Assembly (NCBI GenBank): GCA_963666985.2
Contig: CAXXIA010000001.1
Location: forward strand, 128,001-192,000
From: Spirochaetia bacterium
GTDB taxonomy: Bacteria; Spirochaetota; Spirochaetia; DSM-2461
Direction: 5' to 3'
Length of the DNA: 64,000 nt
Shown: positions 11,773 through 21,673 of the stretch, piece after piece
Position numbering within the stretch: the stretch's first letter is position 1
How the letters are laid out: each line of letters starts with the position of its first letter
Made by a program: the position numbers and the translations under genes
Notes under the pieces: generated by a model
Databases searched by the model: none
Seen by the model: only the letters and a program-made list of their open reading frames with translations
Told to the model about the DNA's origin: nothing

Positions 11773-11964
11773 ATGGCGAAAAAGGAATCGAAAATTCGTG
11801 TCACCTTAGTTCGAAGTCCCATCGGGCGTAAACCCGAGCAGCGGGCTACGGTTAAGGCGCTTGGATTAGGGAAAATGAACTCTTCCGTTGAAAAAACGGC
11901 CGATAATGCCGTTTTAGGGATGGTTAAGTCCATTTCTCATCTTGTCAAAGTGGAGGAGCTGTAG
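11773..11964 (+). CDS. rpmD: 50S ribosomal protein L30
   Basis: TLVRSPIGR...TVKALGL...HLVKVEE. Confidence 0.97.
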   Translation: MAKKESKIRVTLVRSPIGRKPEQRATVKALGLGKMNSSVEKTADNAVLGMVKSISHLVKVEEL

Positions 11965-11967
11965 TTT

Positions 11968-12441
11968 ATGAGTGCTAATACTCTTCGAGCGCCGAGCGGT
12001 GCCTCCAAGAAAAAAAGAATAGTCGGACGCGGACGTTCATCGGGTTCGGGTAAAACTTCCGGAAAGGGACATAAGGGTCAGAAGGCCCGTTCCGGCGGCG
12101 GAGTTCGTCCCGGCTTCGAAGGCGGCCAGATGCCGATTTACAGGCGGGTCGCCGCAAAGGGGTTTTCCAACCATCCTTTTAAAAAAGAGTATGTTGTCGT
12201 GAATGTGGCCGCTCTGGAAAAAGTATTTTCCGACGGCGAAATCGTTTCTCTTGAAACATTGGTGCAGAAAGGCCTGGTGAAAAAGAGCGAAAAACGCGTC
12301 AAGATTCTCGGAGTTGGAGAACTGAAAAAGAAGCTGAGCGTGGAAATCTCCGCAGTTTCGGCTTCCGCAAAAGAAAAAATCGAAAAGGCCGGCGGCAAGC
12401 TTGTAGAGACGGTTGCCGACAATCAATCAACGGAACAGTAG
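11968..12441 (+). CDS. rplO: 50S ribosomal protein L15
   Basis: GKGHKGQKARSGG, GFEGGQMP. Confidence 0.99.
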   Translation: MSANTLRAPSGASKKKRIVGRGRSSGSGKTSGKGHKGQKARSGGGVRPGFEGGQMPIYRRVAAKGFSNHPFKKEYVVVNVAALEKVFSDGEIVSLETLVQKGLVKKSEKRVKILGVGELKKKLSVEISAVSASAKEKIEKAGGKLVETVADNQSTEQ

Positions 12442-12448
12442 GATACCG

Positions 12449-13777
12449 ATGGCGAATAACCCGTTAGTCGACATATTCCGGATTCGTGACCTCAGAAAGC
12501 GTGTTCTTTTTACCTTGGGTGTTTTGGTTGTTCATAGGATCGGTTCCATTATTCCTATACCGGGAATCGATTTGGGCGCCCTTAGCCGGTTTTTCTCCGG
12601 CAGCGGCGGTGAAGGACAGGGAATCGTGGATTACTTGGACTTCTTCTCCGGCGGGGCGTTTAAGAACTTTTCCATTTTTATGCTCGGAGTCATGCCGTAC
12701 ATCACCACAAGTATTATTATTCAGGTGCTGATGCTGGTGTTCCCCGCTTTGAAGCGCATAAGCGAAGAAGACGGCGGACGAAAAAAGATTCAGCGTTACA
12801 CCCGATATGCAACCGTACTTGTCTGTCTGCTTCAAGGCGTGGCTCTGCTCAGAATGCCCCTGAACTATGGTGTTGTCGTATCCGGTATGGCACAGTGGCA
12901 GTTCATGGTTCTGGGTATGCTGACTACCACGGCAGGAACGGTGTTCCTAATGTGGCTTGGTGAACAGATTAATGTGAAGGGTGTCGGGAACGGTATTTCA
13001 CTGCTGATTTTTACCGGTATCGTGGCGAGAATGCCCAACGCGATGAGTGTGTTGATTCGGGAAATCAGAGCGCAGAATCTGAATCCCGTATTCGTCATTC
13101 TTACCTTTGTGCTTTTCGTTGCCGTCGTAGTGGTGGTTATATACGAACAGCAGGGACTGCGAAAAATCCCCGTGAATTATGCCAGCCGAATCGTCGGCCG
13201 CAAGCAGTATCGCGGGCAGAGTTCCTATATACCGTTTAAAATCAATCCGTCGGGGGTTATTCCGGTTATCTTCGCATCTTCCATTTTGACCATTCCGGTT
13301 CAGCTTGCTTCCAGTCTTGGAAGCGGAGGAAGCGAGTTTTGGGGTAAGATGGCGCAGGCGCTGGACACCAGCGGACCGTTGTATTTGATTCTTTACACGT
13401 TATTGATTATCTTCTTTGCCTATTTTTATACCCAGGTAACATTGAATCCCATAGAAATCTCCAGGCAAATTAGAGAAAACGGAGGATCGATTCCCGGGAT
13501 TCGGAGTGAGAATATGGAAGCATACCTTACGCGGATTTTGAACCGTATTGTATTACCGGGTTCTCTTTTTCTCGCTATGATTGCATTGATCCCGTCCTTG
13601 CTCGTCATCATCATTCCCGGATTTCCGAGGCAGATGGCATACATCATGGGCGGAACATCGCTGCTCATTATGGTGGGTGTCGACTTGGATACAATGAGTC
13701 AAATAGAGGGGCATCTGAAGATGCATCACCATGAAGGATTGACCAAGGGCGGGAAGCTCCGCTCTCGGAATCTGTAA
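12449..13777 (+). CDS. secY: Preprotein translocase SecY
   Basis: LGVMPYIT, GVGNGISLLIF, GVIPVIFASS, GGTSLLIMVGV. Confidence 0.99.
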   Translation: MANNPLVDIFRIRDLRKRVLFTLGVLVVHRIGSIIPIPGIDLGALSRFFSGSGGEGQGIVDYLDFFSGGAFKNFSIFMLGVMPYITTSIIIQVLMLVFPALKRISEEDGGRKKIQRYTRYATVLVCLLQGVALLRMPLNYGVVVSGMAQWQFMVLGMLTTTAGTVFLMWLGEQINVKGVGNGISLLIFTGIVARMPNAMSVLIREIRAQNLNPVFVILTFVLFVAVVVVVIYEQQGLRKIPVNYASRIVGRKQYRGQSSYIPFKINPSGVIPVIFASSILTIPVQLASSLGSGGSEFWGKMAQALDTSGPLYLILYTLLIIFFAYFYTQVTLNPIEISRQIRENGGSIPGIRSENMEAYLTRILNRIVLPGSLFLAMIALIPSLLVIIIPGFPRQMAYIMGGTSLLIMVGVDLDTMSQIEGHLKMHHHEGLTKGGKLRSRNL

Positions 13778-13798
13778 AAAGGAACGAGGTAACACGCT

Positions 13799-13912
13799 AT
13801 GAAAGTGAGAGCGAGCGTCAAACCGATTTGTGACAAGTGCAAAGTGATTCGCCGCCGAGGTGTGGTACGCATCATTTGTGATAATCCCAAGCATAAGCAA
13901 CGACAGAAGTAG
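13799..13912 (+). CDS. rpmJ: 50S ribosomal protein L36 (37 aa, not in ORF track)
   Basis: Translated by hand: [37 protein letters not shown]. Confidence 0.98.
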   Translation: MKVRASVKPICDKCKVIRRRGVVRIICDNPKHKQRQK

Positions 13913-13921
13913 GAGGTCGGA

Positions 13922-14287
13922 ATGGCTCGTATTGCGGGTATTGACCTGCCGAATAAACATACTGATATCGCTTTAACGTACATATACGGAATCGGTCGGA
14001 CATCGGCGAGGCAAATATGCGAAAAGACCGGAGTGAATCCGGAAACCAGGATTAACGAACTCTCCGCCGAAGAGGTGAACGACCTCAGAAAGGTAATCGA
14101 GAATGATTACAAGGTGGAAGGTCGCTTACGATCTGAAACGGCTCTGAACATCAAAAGGTTGATGGATATCGGCTGTTATCGGGGCCTGCGGCACAGGAAA
14201 GGTCTTCCGGTACGCGGTCAGAGAACCAAGACTAATGCCCGAACCCGTAAAGGTAAGGCGAAAACAGTTGCCAAGAAGAAGAAGTAG
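13922..14287 (+). CDS. rpsM: 30S ribosomal protein S13
   Basis: [28 protein letters not shown]. Confidence 0.99.
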   Translation: MARIAGIDLPNKHTDIALTYIYGIGRTSARQICEKTGVNPETRINELSAEEVNDLRKVIENDYKVEGRLRSETALNIKRLMDIGCYRGLRHRKGLPVRGQRTKTNARTRKGKAKTVAKKKK

Positions 14288-14301
14288 GGCGGAGTTGAAC
14301 A

Positions 14302-14682
14302 ATGGCTAAGACGAAAAAGAAAAAAGAAAAGAAGACTGTAGTTGAAGGAAATGTCTACATTCAGGCGACTTTCAATAATACAATCGTCACCATTACCGAT
14401 TTGAAAGGAAACGCACTTTCTTGGTGCAGCGCGGGTTCGCTCGGTTTCCGCGGAGCCAAGAAATCCACTCCTTATGCCGCTCAGACGACAGCGGAGACAG
14501 CTACGACACGAGCCCGTGATTACGGACTTCAGGCCGTAAATGTTTACGTTAAAGGTCCCGGTATGGGAAGAGAGTCGGCCATCAGATCTTTGGGAAACTT
14601 GGGTTTGAAGGTTAAGACTATTACGGATATCACTCCGATTCCCCATAACGGCTGTCGTCCCCGGAAAAGCAGAAGGGTTTAA
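14302..14682 (+). CDS. rpsK: 30S ribosomal protein S11
   Basis: [20 protein letters not shown]. Confidence 0.99.
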   Translation: MAKTKKKKEKKTVVEGNVYIQATFNNTIVTITDLKGNALSWCSAGSLGFRGAKKSTPYAAQTTAETATTRARDYGLQAVNVYVKGPGMGRESAIRSLGNLGLKVKTITDITPIPHNGCRPRKSRRV

Positions 14683-14817
14683 AATCGATGATTCTTTAAG
14701 GAATCAGAGTCTGTAGGATAGGAAGCCGGCGGAACGAAACCCGAGGAGCAGCCATGCCGCGGGGAATGTCGGGTCGATCGGCGACACCGAATACGGACAT
14801 AAGTGTAAGGAGCACAT

Positions 14818-15924
14818 ATGGCTAGAAAGAATCTCCTCAAAGGCTTCAAGAGGCCGAAAGGCATTACGTTTGAGCATAGTGAAGAGACAAAGGATTACGG
14901 GAAGTTCGTAGCCTATCCTTTTGAAAGAGGATACGGAACGACGATCGGGAACACCTTGAGAAGGATTCTTCTTTCGTCCATTCAAGGTCACGCCGTATCC
15001 GCCGTAAGAATCACAACATTTAACGAAGAGGGAAACTCTCACGTTGTTACCAGTGAGTTTGAGGCCATTCCCCATGTTGTGGAAGATACACCGGTTATCA
15101 TCAGCAACTTAAAATCACTGAAGCTGAAGCTTCCCGAAGATGTTGAAGAACAGACAATCCATATCGAATGGAAGGGTAAAGGTGTTATTACCGGCGCCGA
15201 CTTGGAAAAAGGCGGTGTCGAGGTTGCCAATAAAGATCAGCCCATCTGTACCGTTATGGAAGAGGGTAATCTTGATTTCGAGATTCAGGTTAACCTCGGA
15301 CGCGGGTATGTCCCCGCCGAACTGAATGAGAAGTATATCGAACATATCGGAACGATTCCCGTGGATTCCATCTTCAGTCCCATACTTAAAGTTAAGTATA
15401 CCGTTGAAGATACGCGTGTCGGTCAGCGTTCGGATTACGACAAGCTGATTCTTGAAGTATGGACCGATGGAACAATCGCTCCCGAGAACGCTCTCGCCGA
15501 AGCGGCGAAAATCGCCAAGGATCATTTTACGATTTTCATCAATTTTGATGAGGATGATGTGGTCGGTGATGAAGATGTGGATGAAGAAGAAGAGCGGGTC
15601 AGGGTTCTTCTCGATACACCGGTTGAAGAACTGGAACTTTCCGTTCGTTCAAGCAATTGCTTGAAAAACGCGAATATCAAAACGATCGGCGATTTAACCC
15701 GCCGAACCGAAGAAGATATTGCCAAAACCCGGAATTTCGGGAAAAAGTCGCTTCAGGAGATTAAAGAGAAGCTCAAAGAGTGGAATCTTAGCCTGGGAAT
15801 GACCGACTACAGTGTACTGAAAAACTCCATCAAACTCGGAAAACAGAGTGCGAGTGATGACGATGATGACGATAACGGCAGCGACGACATCACCCGTATA
15901 GATGAGTACGAAAACGAGGAATAG
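14818..15924 (+). CDS. rpoA: RNA polymerase alpha subunit, acidic C-terminal tail
   Basis: PFERGYGTTIGNTLRRILLSS, ELELSVRSSNCLK, NFGKKSL. Confidence 0.99.
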   Translation: MARKNLLKGFKRPKGITFEHSEETKDYGKFVAYPFERGYGTTIGNTLRRILLSSIQGHAVSAVRITTFNEEGNSHVVTSEFEAIPHVVEDTPVIISNLKSLKLKLPEDVEEQTIHIEWKGKGVITGADLEKGGVEVANKDQPICTVMEEGNLDFEIQVNLGRGYVPAELNEKYIEHIGTIPVDSIFSPILKVKYTVEDTRVGQRSDYDKLILEVWTDGTIAPENALAEAAKIAKDHFTIFINFDEDDVVGDEDVDEEEERVRVLLDTPVEELELSVRSSNCLKNANIKTIGDLTRRTEEDIAKTRNFGKKSLQEIKEKLKEWNLSLGMTDYSVLKNSIKLGKQSASDDDDDDNGSDDITRIDEYENEE

Positions 15925-15927
15925 AAA

Positions 15928-16587
15928 ATGCATAACCGTATTGGATTCAACCGCCTGGGAAGGAAGCCCAGTCATAGAAAGGCTCTCTACCGGAACATGA
16001 TAACATCCTTGATTAAGTACGAGCGGATAGAGACGACTCAAGCCAAGGCTAAGGAAATCCGTCGTACGGCCGAAAAGCTTGTAACGCGGGCCAAGGTGGA
16101 TTCCGTTCATAATCGCCGCATCGTGGCGAAAACCGTTTATGAGAAAGGGGTTGTGAACAAGCTTTTCACGGAGGTCGGTCCTCGGTTTGCCGATCGGCCG
16201 GGCGGTTACACCCGTATCCTGAAGCTTGGAAAGCGGTCCGGAGATGCCGCGGAGATGGTCATTCTTGAATTTCTGAAAGAAGAAGATAAATCTGCGGCCA
16301 AGAAAAAAACTTCATCCAAGAAGAAGGCCGCCGACCCCAAGAAGAAGACTTCCGCTCCCAAAAAGAAGACTGTTGAAGAAGTTGAAGTTAAGGCCCAAGA
16401 ACCGGCCGAATCAGCTGATACGCCGGCGGCTGCCGAGACGGATGCCGTAGAAACTTCCGCCGCAGCGGATGATACGGTCGTCGATACTGCGGCGGCCGGT
16501 GATGCGGCCTCAGATTCTGCCGATACCGTTGAAAATGCTTCCCAAGATTCTTCAGACGCGGATTCCAAAGCAAAAGACGCGGAATAA
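15928..16587 (+). CDS. rplQ: 50S ribosomal protein L17 with ~100-aa C-terminal extension
   Basis: [21 protein letters not shown]. Confidence 0.98.
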   Translation: MHNRIGFNRLGRKPSHRKALYRNMITSLIKYERIETTQAKAKEIRRTAEKLVTRAKVDSVHNRRIVAKTVYEKGVVNKLFTEVGPRFADRPGGYTRILKLGKRSGDAAEMVILEFLKEEDKSAAKKKTSSKKKAADPKKKTSAPKKKTVEEVEVKAQEPAESADTPAAAETDAVETSAAADDTVVDTAAAGDAASDSADTVENASQDSSDADSKAKDAE

Positions 16588-16673
16588 ACGGAGGCCAAGG
16601 CTTTCGAGAGTGCTTTAAATGGCGACATGACAGGATGAATATTCATTTTGTCGAAATATTTTACCGATGATAG

Positions 16674-16716
16674 AGGGGAGGTCGTACAGCTTATGCTGAA
16701 ACGCCTCCCCTTTTTA
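16674..16716 (+). terminator. Intrinsic terminator of the ribosomal superoperon
   Basis: AGGGGAGG...CCTCCCCT stem followed by T-run. Confidence 0.75.
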
Positions 16717-16779
16717 TTATGAAAAGGATAGCGTCAGTTCCGGATTTCGGAATTTAAGGGAGGGAAACGCTCGGTTTTC

Positions 16780-19700
16780 ATGAGAACATCTCATAAACTT
16801 GCTCTAACCTTTCTTATTTCTCTTATTCTCACCGGAGTTTTTGTCGTATTGGCTTATACCGGTTTGTTCCGAATTTTGGAAACCGATTTTTTCAGTCGCC
16901 GAATTGAAACCGACCAGGGACTCCGCATTACGGAAATCGCGGGAATCGTTGACGCCTGGAATGCCGACAATATCGCACGATTCGACGCACTCTCCCGGGA
17001 TCGAAAATTTCAAACCGTTTATTCGGTGTCTCAGCGTGAGGAAGAAATTAACGGGCGGGCCGAATCCGTTGAACGATTGAAAGACCGCCTGATCGGATTT
17101 GAAGGATTTCGAATCGTTGATAATCAGGGCAAAATCCATTACTCCTCTTTTGCCGGTGATGTGGCGAATGAACAGACAGGTGAGCGGCGGCTTTACAGGA
17201 ATTGGAATCAAATCGACGACAGTTTTGTATTGCCGCCAAATAGCGGCGATGAACCGCGTATCCTTTACCGAGGCTCCACTCAGCGAATCCTTTATCTGAT
17301 TCCTTCATTGGATCAGTCCTTCGTTGAGAGAGGCTGGATGATAGTTTATATGAGTCCGACCGGCTTGAGCGGCGATTTGGCCGGAAGCGGCTTCATTGAT
17401 CCGGCCGGTTGGATTTATATCGTTGACGGGCGCGGGATTATCGTAGACATCAGGCAGGATCAGGCAGCTGCCGTTGAAGAATATATTGATCGATTATGGC
17501 CAAAGGATGGAGAACCGGCCGGTTTCGCCCTTCTTGCGGAGGGCAGAAGCGATTCGTACTGGATTACCAGCCGGATAAGCGATGCCGGTACATGGATTGG
17601 CAAGCTGATTCCCGGCGGATTTCTGAAATTCTCAACAACGACACAGATTCTGATTATTGCAACCGTTTTTATATCGTTTGTCCTTTTACTTTTCTTAGCA
17701 CTGAATCTTCGACCGGATAAAGAGGAAATTCTCCGCGGCAGGATAAAGAGGCTTCAGGCTAGTCTTTTCAGAGAATGGCTTGAGCATCATGAAGGCAAAA
17801 AACTCAGATTTGAAGATCTTGAATCGAGGCGAAGAGAAGTCGGTGAAGAACTGCGATCGGGGCTGGGACGCCTCAGTTCCGGCCAGGTTGAGAAAGTTGA
17901 TAAGTTAATTAACGAAAGTTGGGACAATATTGTAGAGATCCTCGCTGAAAAGAAAATCATAAGCGGTCCGGAAAGCACTACGGCATCCGAAATAGGTGCC
18001 GTACCGCCTCCCATCGATATGAAGCAATTGGAAGCGATGATTACCCGTGCTGTTGCGGAGGCCGTTCCTAAAGGAGCGGTTGCTTCTGTAAGCTATGCCC
18101 CTTCACCCGAAATTTCGGCACCGGGAAAACCCATTCAGGTTGATGTCGTCGATGAAGACGATCTGGAAGAACTTGACGAACTTGACGAGGTTGGCGAGGT
18201 CGAAAAAGCCGGAGAGTCGGCGGAGCTTGGAACGCCCGTAGACGTTGAAGACGTTGAAGAGCTCGAGGATCTGGAAGAACTTGACGAACTTGACGAACTT
18301 GACGAACTTGACGAACTTGACGAACTTGACGAACTTGACGAACTTGACGAGGTTGACGAGGTTGACGAGGTTGACGAGGTTGACGAGGTTGACGAGGTTG
18401 ACGAGGTTGACGAGGTTGACGAGGTTGACGAGGTTGACGAGGTTGGCGAGGTCGAAAAAGCCGGAGAGTCGGCGGAGCTTGGAACGCCCGTAGGCGCTCA
18501 AGACGTTGAAGAGTTCGAGGATCTGGAAGATCTTGACGAACTTGACGAGGTCGAAGAAGCCGGAGAGCCCGAAGAGTCGGCGGAGCTTGGGACGCCCGCA
18601 GCCGCTGAGGAAGTCGAAGAGTTCGAGGATCTGGAAGATCTTGACGAACTTGACGAGGTCGAAGAAGCCGGAGAGCCCGAAGAGTCGGCGGAGCTTGGAA
18701 CGCCCGTAGACGCTCAAGATGTTGAAGAGTTCGAGGATCTGGAAGAGCTTGATGAACTTGACGAGGTCGAAGAAGCCGGAGAACCCGAAGAGTCGGCGGA
18801 GCTTGGAACGCCCGTAGACGCTCAAGATGTTGAAGAGTTCGAGGATCTGGAAGAGCTTGATGAACTTGACGAGGTGAAAGAAGAAGTTCTTGCGGAAACC
18901 CCGGATCTTGAATCCACCGAACTTGAAGAGCTGGAAACCTTTGAAGGATTTGAGCCTCTGCCTCCCGAAGAAGGCGAGGAAGATGTTTTAGAGGTATTGC
19001 CGGTGGTTCTTTCGGAAGATTCAAGAGAATTGATCGAAATTGATAAAGTTGATCGGGACAGGCTGTATATGTTCGAAGAAGGATTCGAAAACAAGAATTT
19101 CTCGAATGAGAGAGCGGAGAACACCGTGGAAGTTCAAGAACTTGAGGAATTGGATGAAATCGAAGAACTTGAAGAAATCGAAGAACTTGAGGAGTTGAAC
19201 GAAGAACCGGCTCCGGCTCTTCAGTCTGAAGTGGAATTTTTTACTCTGGAAGACATCCTGAAATCCGTCAGGACTTCGGATCATCGGATTCTCAGAAAAG
19301 ACGTCGGAGATGAACAATCCGCTTCAATGGAATCCTTATTTAAGACAAAAACAACAGGGATTCTGCCCGGAATGGACTTTTCAACCGGTGATTTCCTCTT
19401 TGATGAGGAAAGTCCTGAATTAACTTGGTCGGCAGACGGTTTGGACTATGACCGTTACCTTAAAGGATTTAAAAAAGGCGCAACGGGAATCTACAAGTCT
19501 TTAATGAGCTTATCCAAGGAATATAACGCCCTCTGTGGAGTTCTCCTCACAGGTTCGCGAAAAGGCCTGGAAACGGATTACGCTGTAGGACTTGATGATG
19601 AAAGCGCGAATTATCTTTCAGTGAATAGAAATGAAGCACTCTGGCAGGAGTGGTTCGAAGAACGCAAAGTCGTCTTTGTATCGAGTCTGGCGTCGTCCGC

Positions 19701-19860
19701 ATACGCTGAAAAGACCTCTCACCATGAATTCCGTTATATCAAATCGGCAATATTCCTGCCGGTTATTTATCATGGAACCCAGTCCTACGTATTTTTAGGC
19801 TTCAAGGACGTACCCAAGAATCCCATGGGTCTTTTGACGGCCATGCACGCTGTTGTCTAA
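16780..19860 (+). CDS. Two-TM membrane protein: Cache-like periplasmic region, very acidic repeat region, putative GAF-like C-terminal domain
   Basis: Hydrophobic stretches near aa 5-30 and ~290-310; E/D repeats; C-terminal SAIFLPVIYHGTQSYVFLG; domain names are inference. Confidence 0.75.
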   Translation: MRTSHKLALTFLISLILTGVFVVLAYTGLFRILETDFFSRRIETDQGLRITEIAGIVDAWNADNIARFDALSRDRKFQTVYSVSQREEEINGRAESVERLKDRLIGFEGFRIVDNQGKIHYSSFAGDVANEQTGERRLYRNWNQIDDSFVLPPNSGDEPRILYRGSTQRILYLIPSLDQSFVERGWMIVYMSPTGLSGDLAGSGFIDPAGWIYIVDGRGIIVDIRQDQAAAVEEYIDRLWPKDGEPAGFALLAEGRSDSYWITSRISDAGTWIGKLIPGGFLKFSTTTQILIIATVFISFVLLLFLALNLRPDKEEILRGRIKRLQASLFREWLEHHEGKKLRFEDLESRRREVGEELRSGLGRLSSGQVEKVDKLINESWDNIVEILAEKKIISGPESTTASEIGAVPPPIDMKQLEAMITRAVAEAVPKGAVASVSYAPSPEISAPGKPIQVDVVDEDDLEELDELDEVGEVEKAGESAELGTPVDVEDVEELEDLEELDELDELDELDELDELDELDELDEVDEVDEVDEVDEVDEVDEVDEVDEVDEVDEVGEVEKAGESAELGTPVGAQDVEEFEDLEDLDELDEVEEAGEPEESAELGTPAAAEEVEEFEDLEDLDELDEVEEAGEPEESAELGTPVDAQDVEEFEDLEELDELDEVEEAGEPEESAELGTPVDAQDVEEFEDLEELDELDEVKEEVLAETPDLESTELEELETFEGFEPLPPEEGEEDVLEVLPVVLSEDSRELIEIDKVDRDRLYMFEEGFENKNFSNERAENTVEVQELEELDEIEELEEIEELEELNEEPAPALQSEVEFFTLEDILKSVRTSDHRILRKDVGDEQSASMESLFKTKTTGILPGMDFSTGDFLFDEESPELTWSADGLDYDRYLKGFKKGATGIYKSLMSLSKEYNALCGVLLTGSRKGLETDYAVGLDDESANYLSVNRNEALWQEWFEERKVVFVSSLASSAYAEKTSHHEFRYIKSAIFLPVIYHGTQSYVFLGFKDVPKNPMGLLTAMHAVV
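18160..18875 (+). repeat. Intragenic nested tandem repeats: (GAACTTGAC)x8 at 18277-18348, (GAGGTTGAC)x10 at 18349-18438, 108-bp units starting 18508/18616/18724/18832
   Basis: Counted directly; all in frame. Confidence 0.95.
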
Positions 19861-20008
19861 CGCTTTTAAAATCCCTCTCAAAATTTTTATATCCCCGCGC
19901 CCTCCTTCCGCCGACAAGATGGCTCTCAGCGCATACGGGAATCCCTATAAATCCTTGTTTTATTGATATTAGGAAGAAATTATCAGCTCTTGAAATTCCA
20001 TACGGGCC

Positions 20009-20036
20009 TTGACGCTCGTATAGGCGAATGTATAAT
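20009..20036 (+). promoter_or_regulatory. sigma70-type promoter of rny
   Basis: TTGACG-N16-TATAAT. Confidence 0.7.
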
Positions 20037-20071
20037 CAGTGACATATTGAAAACATCAAGGGGGAGACATT

Positions 20072-21601
20072 TTGAGCGTTGTTTTATTGATCATCCTTCC
20101 CCTCGGCGGTGTGATATTCGGATGGCTCATTCGATGGATTTACGCCAAAAACAAACTCTCTTCATCAGAACAGAAAGCACTCAGGCTGAAAGAAACAGCA
20201 GTTGCCGAAGCGGAAAACGCAAAGAAGGAAGTCCTTTTGGAAGCGCAGGACAAAATCCTGGGGGACCGGAGGGAATTCGAACGCGAAGTTAGGGAACAGC
20301 GATCTGAAATTCAGCGATATGAGAAGCGAATCCAGCAAAAAGAAGATAATCTGGATAGAAAGTTTTCGGATCTCGAACGGCGCCAAGCCAATCTCGCCAA
20401 GAGATTGGAGGAAGTGGAGCAGCGGGAACTAAAACTGGCAGATGAAGAAAAGCGTTGCCAAAACGAATTGGAACGTATATCCGGACTTACCGCCGAGGAC
20501 GCAAAGAAGATCCTTATGCAGGATCTCGAGAACGAGGCCAAGCACGATGCCCAGGCCTTGATTAACAAAATCGAACAGGAAGCGCAGGCTTCAGCGGAGA
20601 AGAAGGCCCGCGACATCCTGATAACGACGATTCAGAGACTCGCGACCGAGGTAACGACCGAGATTACCGTTACGTCGGTGAGTCTGCCGAACGATGAGAT
20701 GAAAGGGCGAATCATCGGCCGTGAGGGCCGTAATATCCGTACCCTGGAAACTCTGACCGGTGTGGACATCATTATCGACGATACGCCGGAAGCCGTTGTT
20801 ATTTCCTGTTTCGATCCCATCAGGAAAACCATCGCCAAGACGGCCTTGGAACGCCTGATTCAGGACGGACGAATCCATCCGGCGCGAATCGAGGAAGTGG
20901 TTCAGAAAGTTGCCAAGGAAATCAGTCAGACGATTTTCGAGGAAGGCGAAAGGGTTCTTTTCGACTTGGGAATCCATAACATGAGGCCCGAGGGCATCCG
21001 TGCTTTGGGTCGGCTTCATTTCCGTTCAAGTTATGGACAGAACGTACTCTCGCATTCGAAGGAAGTCGCGATTGTCGCGGGTATGATCGCCAGTGAAGTC
21101 GGCGCGGATGTCGCAGTCGCGAAACGGGCGGCATTGCTTCATGACATCGGCAAGGGGCTGGAAACCGACGGCGAGGGCGGCCATGCCGAAATCGGCGCGG
21201 AACTTGCCAGGCGTATGGGCGAGGAACCTCGTGTTGTCAACGCCATTGCCGCGCACCACGACGACGAGGAAATCACTTCGCCCGAAGGGGTGATCGTACA
21301 GCTGGCCGACGCGGTTTCCGCGGCGCGGCCTGGCGCCAGACGGGAGACGCTGGACAACTATATCAAGCGGCTTGAGAATCTGGAGAAGATCGCCCTCGGA
21401 TTCGACGGCGTGGAAAAGGTTTTTGCCATCCAGGCCGGTCGTGAGCTGCGCATTATGGTGAATCATGAGCGTGTGAACGATCAGCAAGCCAAGCAGCTTG
21501 CCAAGGATATCGCGAAAGACATCGAGGATCAGCTGAAATTCCCCGGCCGTATCCGTGTTACCATCATCAGGGAGACACGTGTCGTGGAGTATGCCCGTTA
21601 A
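20072..21601 (+). CDS. rny: Ribonuclease Y
   Basis: N-terminal TM, coiled coil, KH (KGRIIGREGRNIR), HD (LLHDIGK). Confidence 0.98.
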   Translation: MSVVLLIILPLGGVIFGWLIRWIYAKNKLSSSEQKALRLKETAVAEAENAKKEVLLEAQDKILGDRREFEREVREQRSEIQRYEKRIQQKEDNLDRKFSDLERRQANLAKRLEEVEQRELKLADEEKRCQNELERISGLTAEDAKKILMQDLENEAKHDAQALINKIEQEAQASAEKKARDILITTIQRLATEVTTEITVTSVSLPNDEMKGRIIGREGRNIRTLETLTGVDIIIDDTPEAVVISCFDPIRKTIAKTALERLIQDGRIHPARIEEVVQKVAKEISQTIFEEGERVLFDLGIHNMRPEGIRALGRLHFRSSYGQNVLSHSKEVAIVAGMIASEVGADVAVAKRAALLHDIGKGLETDGEGGHAEIGAELARRMGEEPRVVNAIAAHHDDEEITSPEGVIVQLADAVSAARPGARRETLDNYIKRLENLEKIALGFDGVEKVFAIQAGRELRIMVNHERVNDQQAKQLAKDIAKDIEDQLKFPGRIRVTIIRETRVVEYAR

Positions 21602-21618
21602 TAGTTTTTTTGATATTC

Positions 21619-21654
21619 GGGCCGGTTTCGGAAAGTCGGAACCGGCCTTTTTTT
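21619..21654 (+). terminator. Intrinsic terminator between rny and ymdB
   Basis: GGCCGGTTTCG...CGGAACCGGCC + T7. Confidence 0.8.
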
Positions 21655-21673
21655 AGCAGTGAGCGGAGGTTAA

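Noticed and set aside
18160..18875. Regularly spaced repeats as a CRISPR array
   Set aside because: In-frame coding repeats with no unique spacers, and no cas genes in the window
19861..20071. 6S RNA upstream of rny
   Set aside because: No long rod-like complementarity visible; region is explained by the rny promoter
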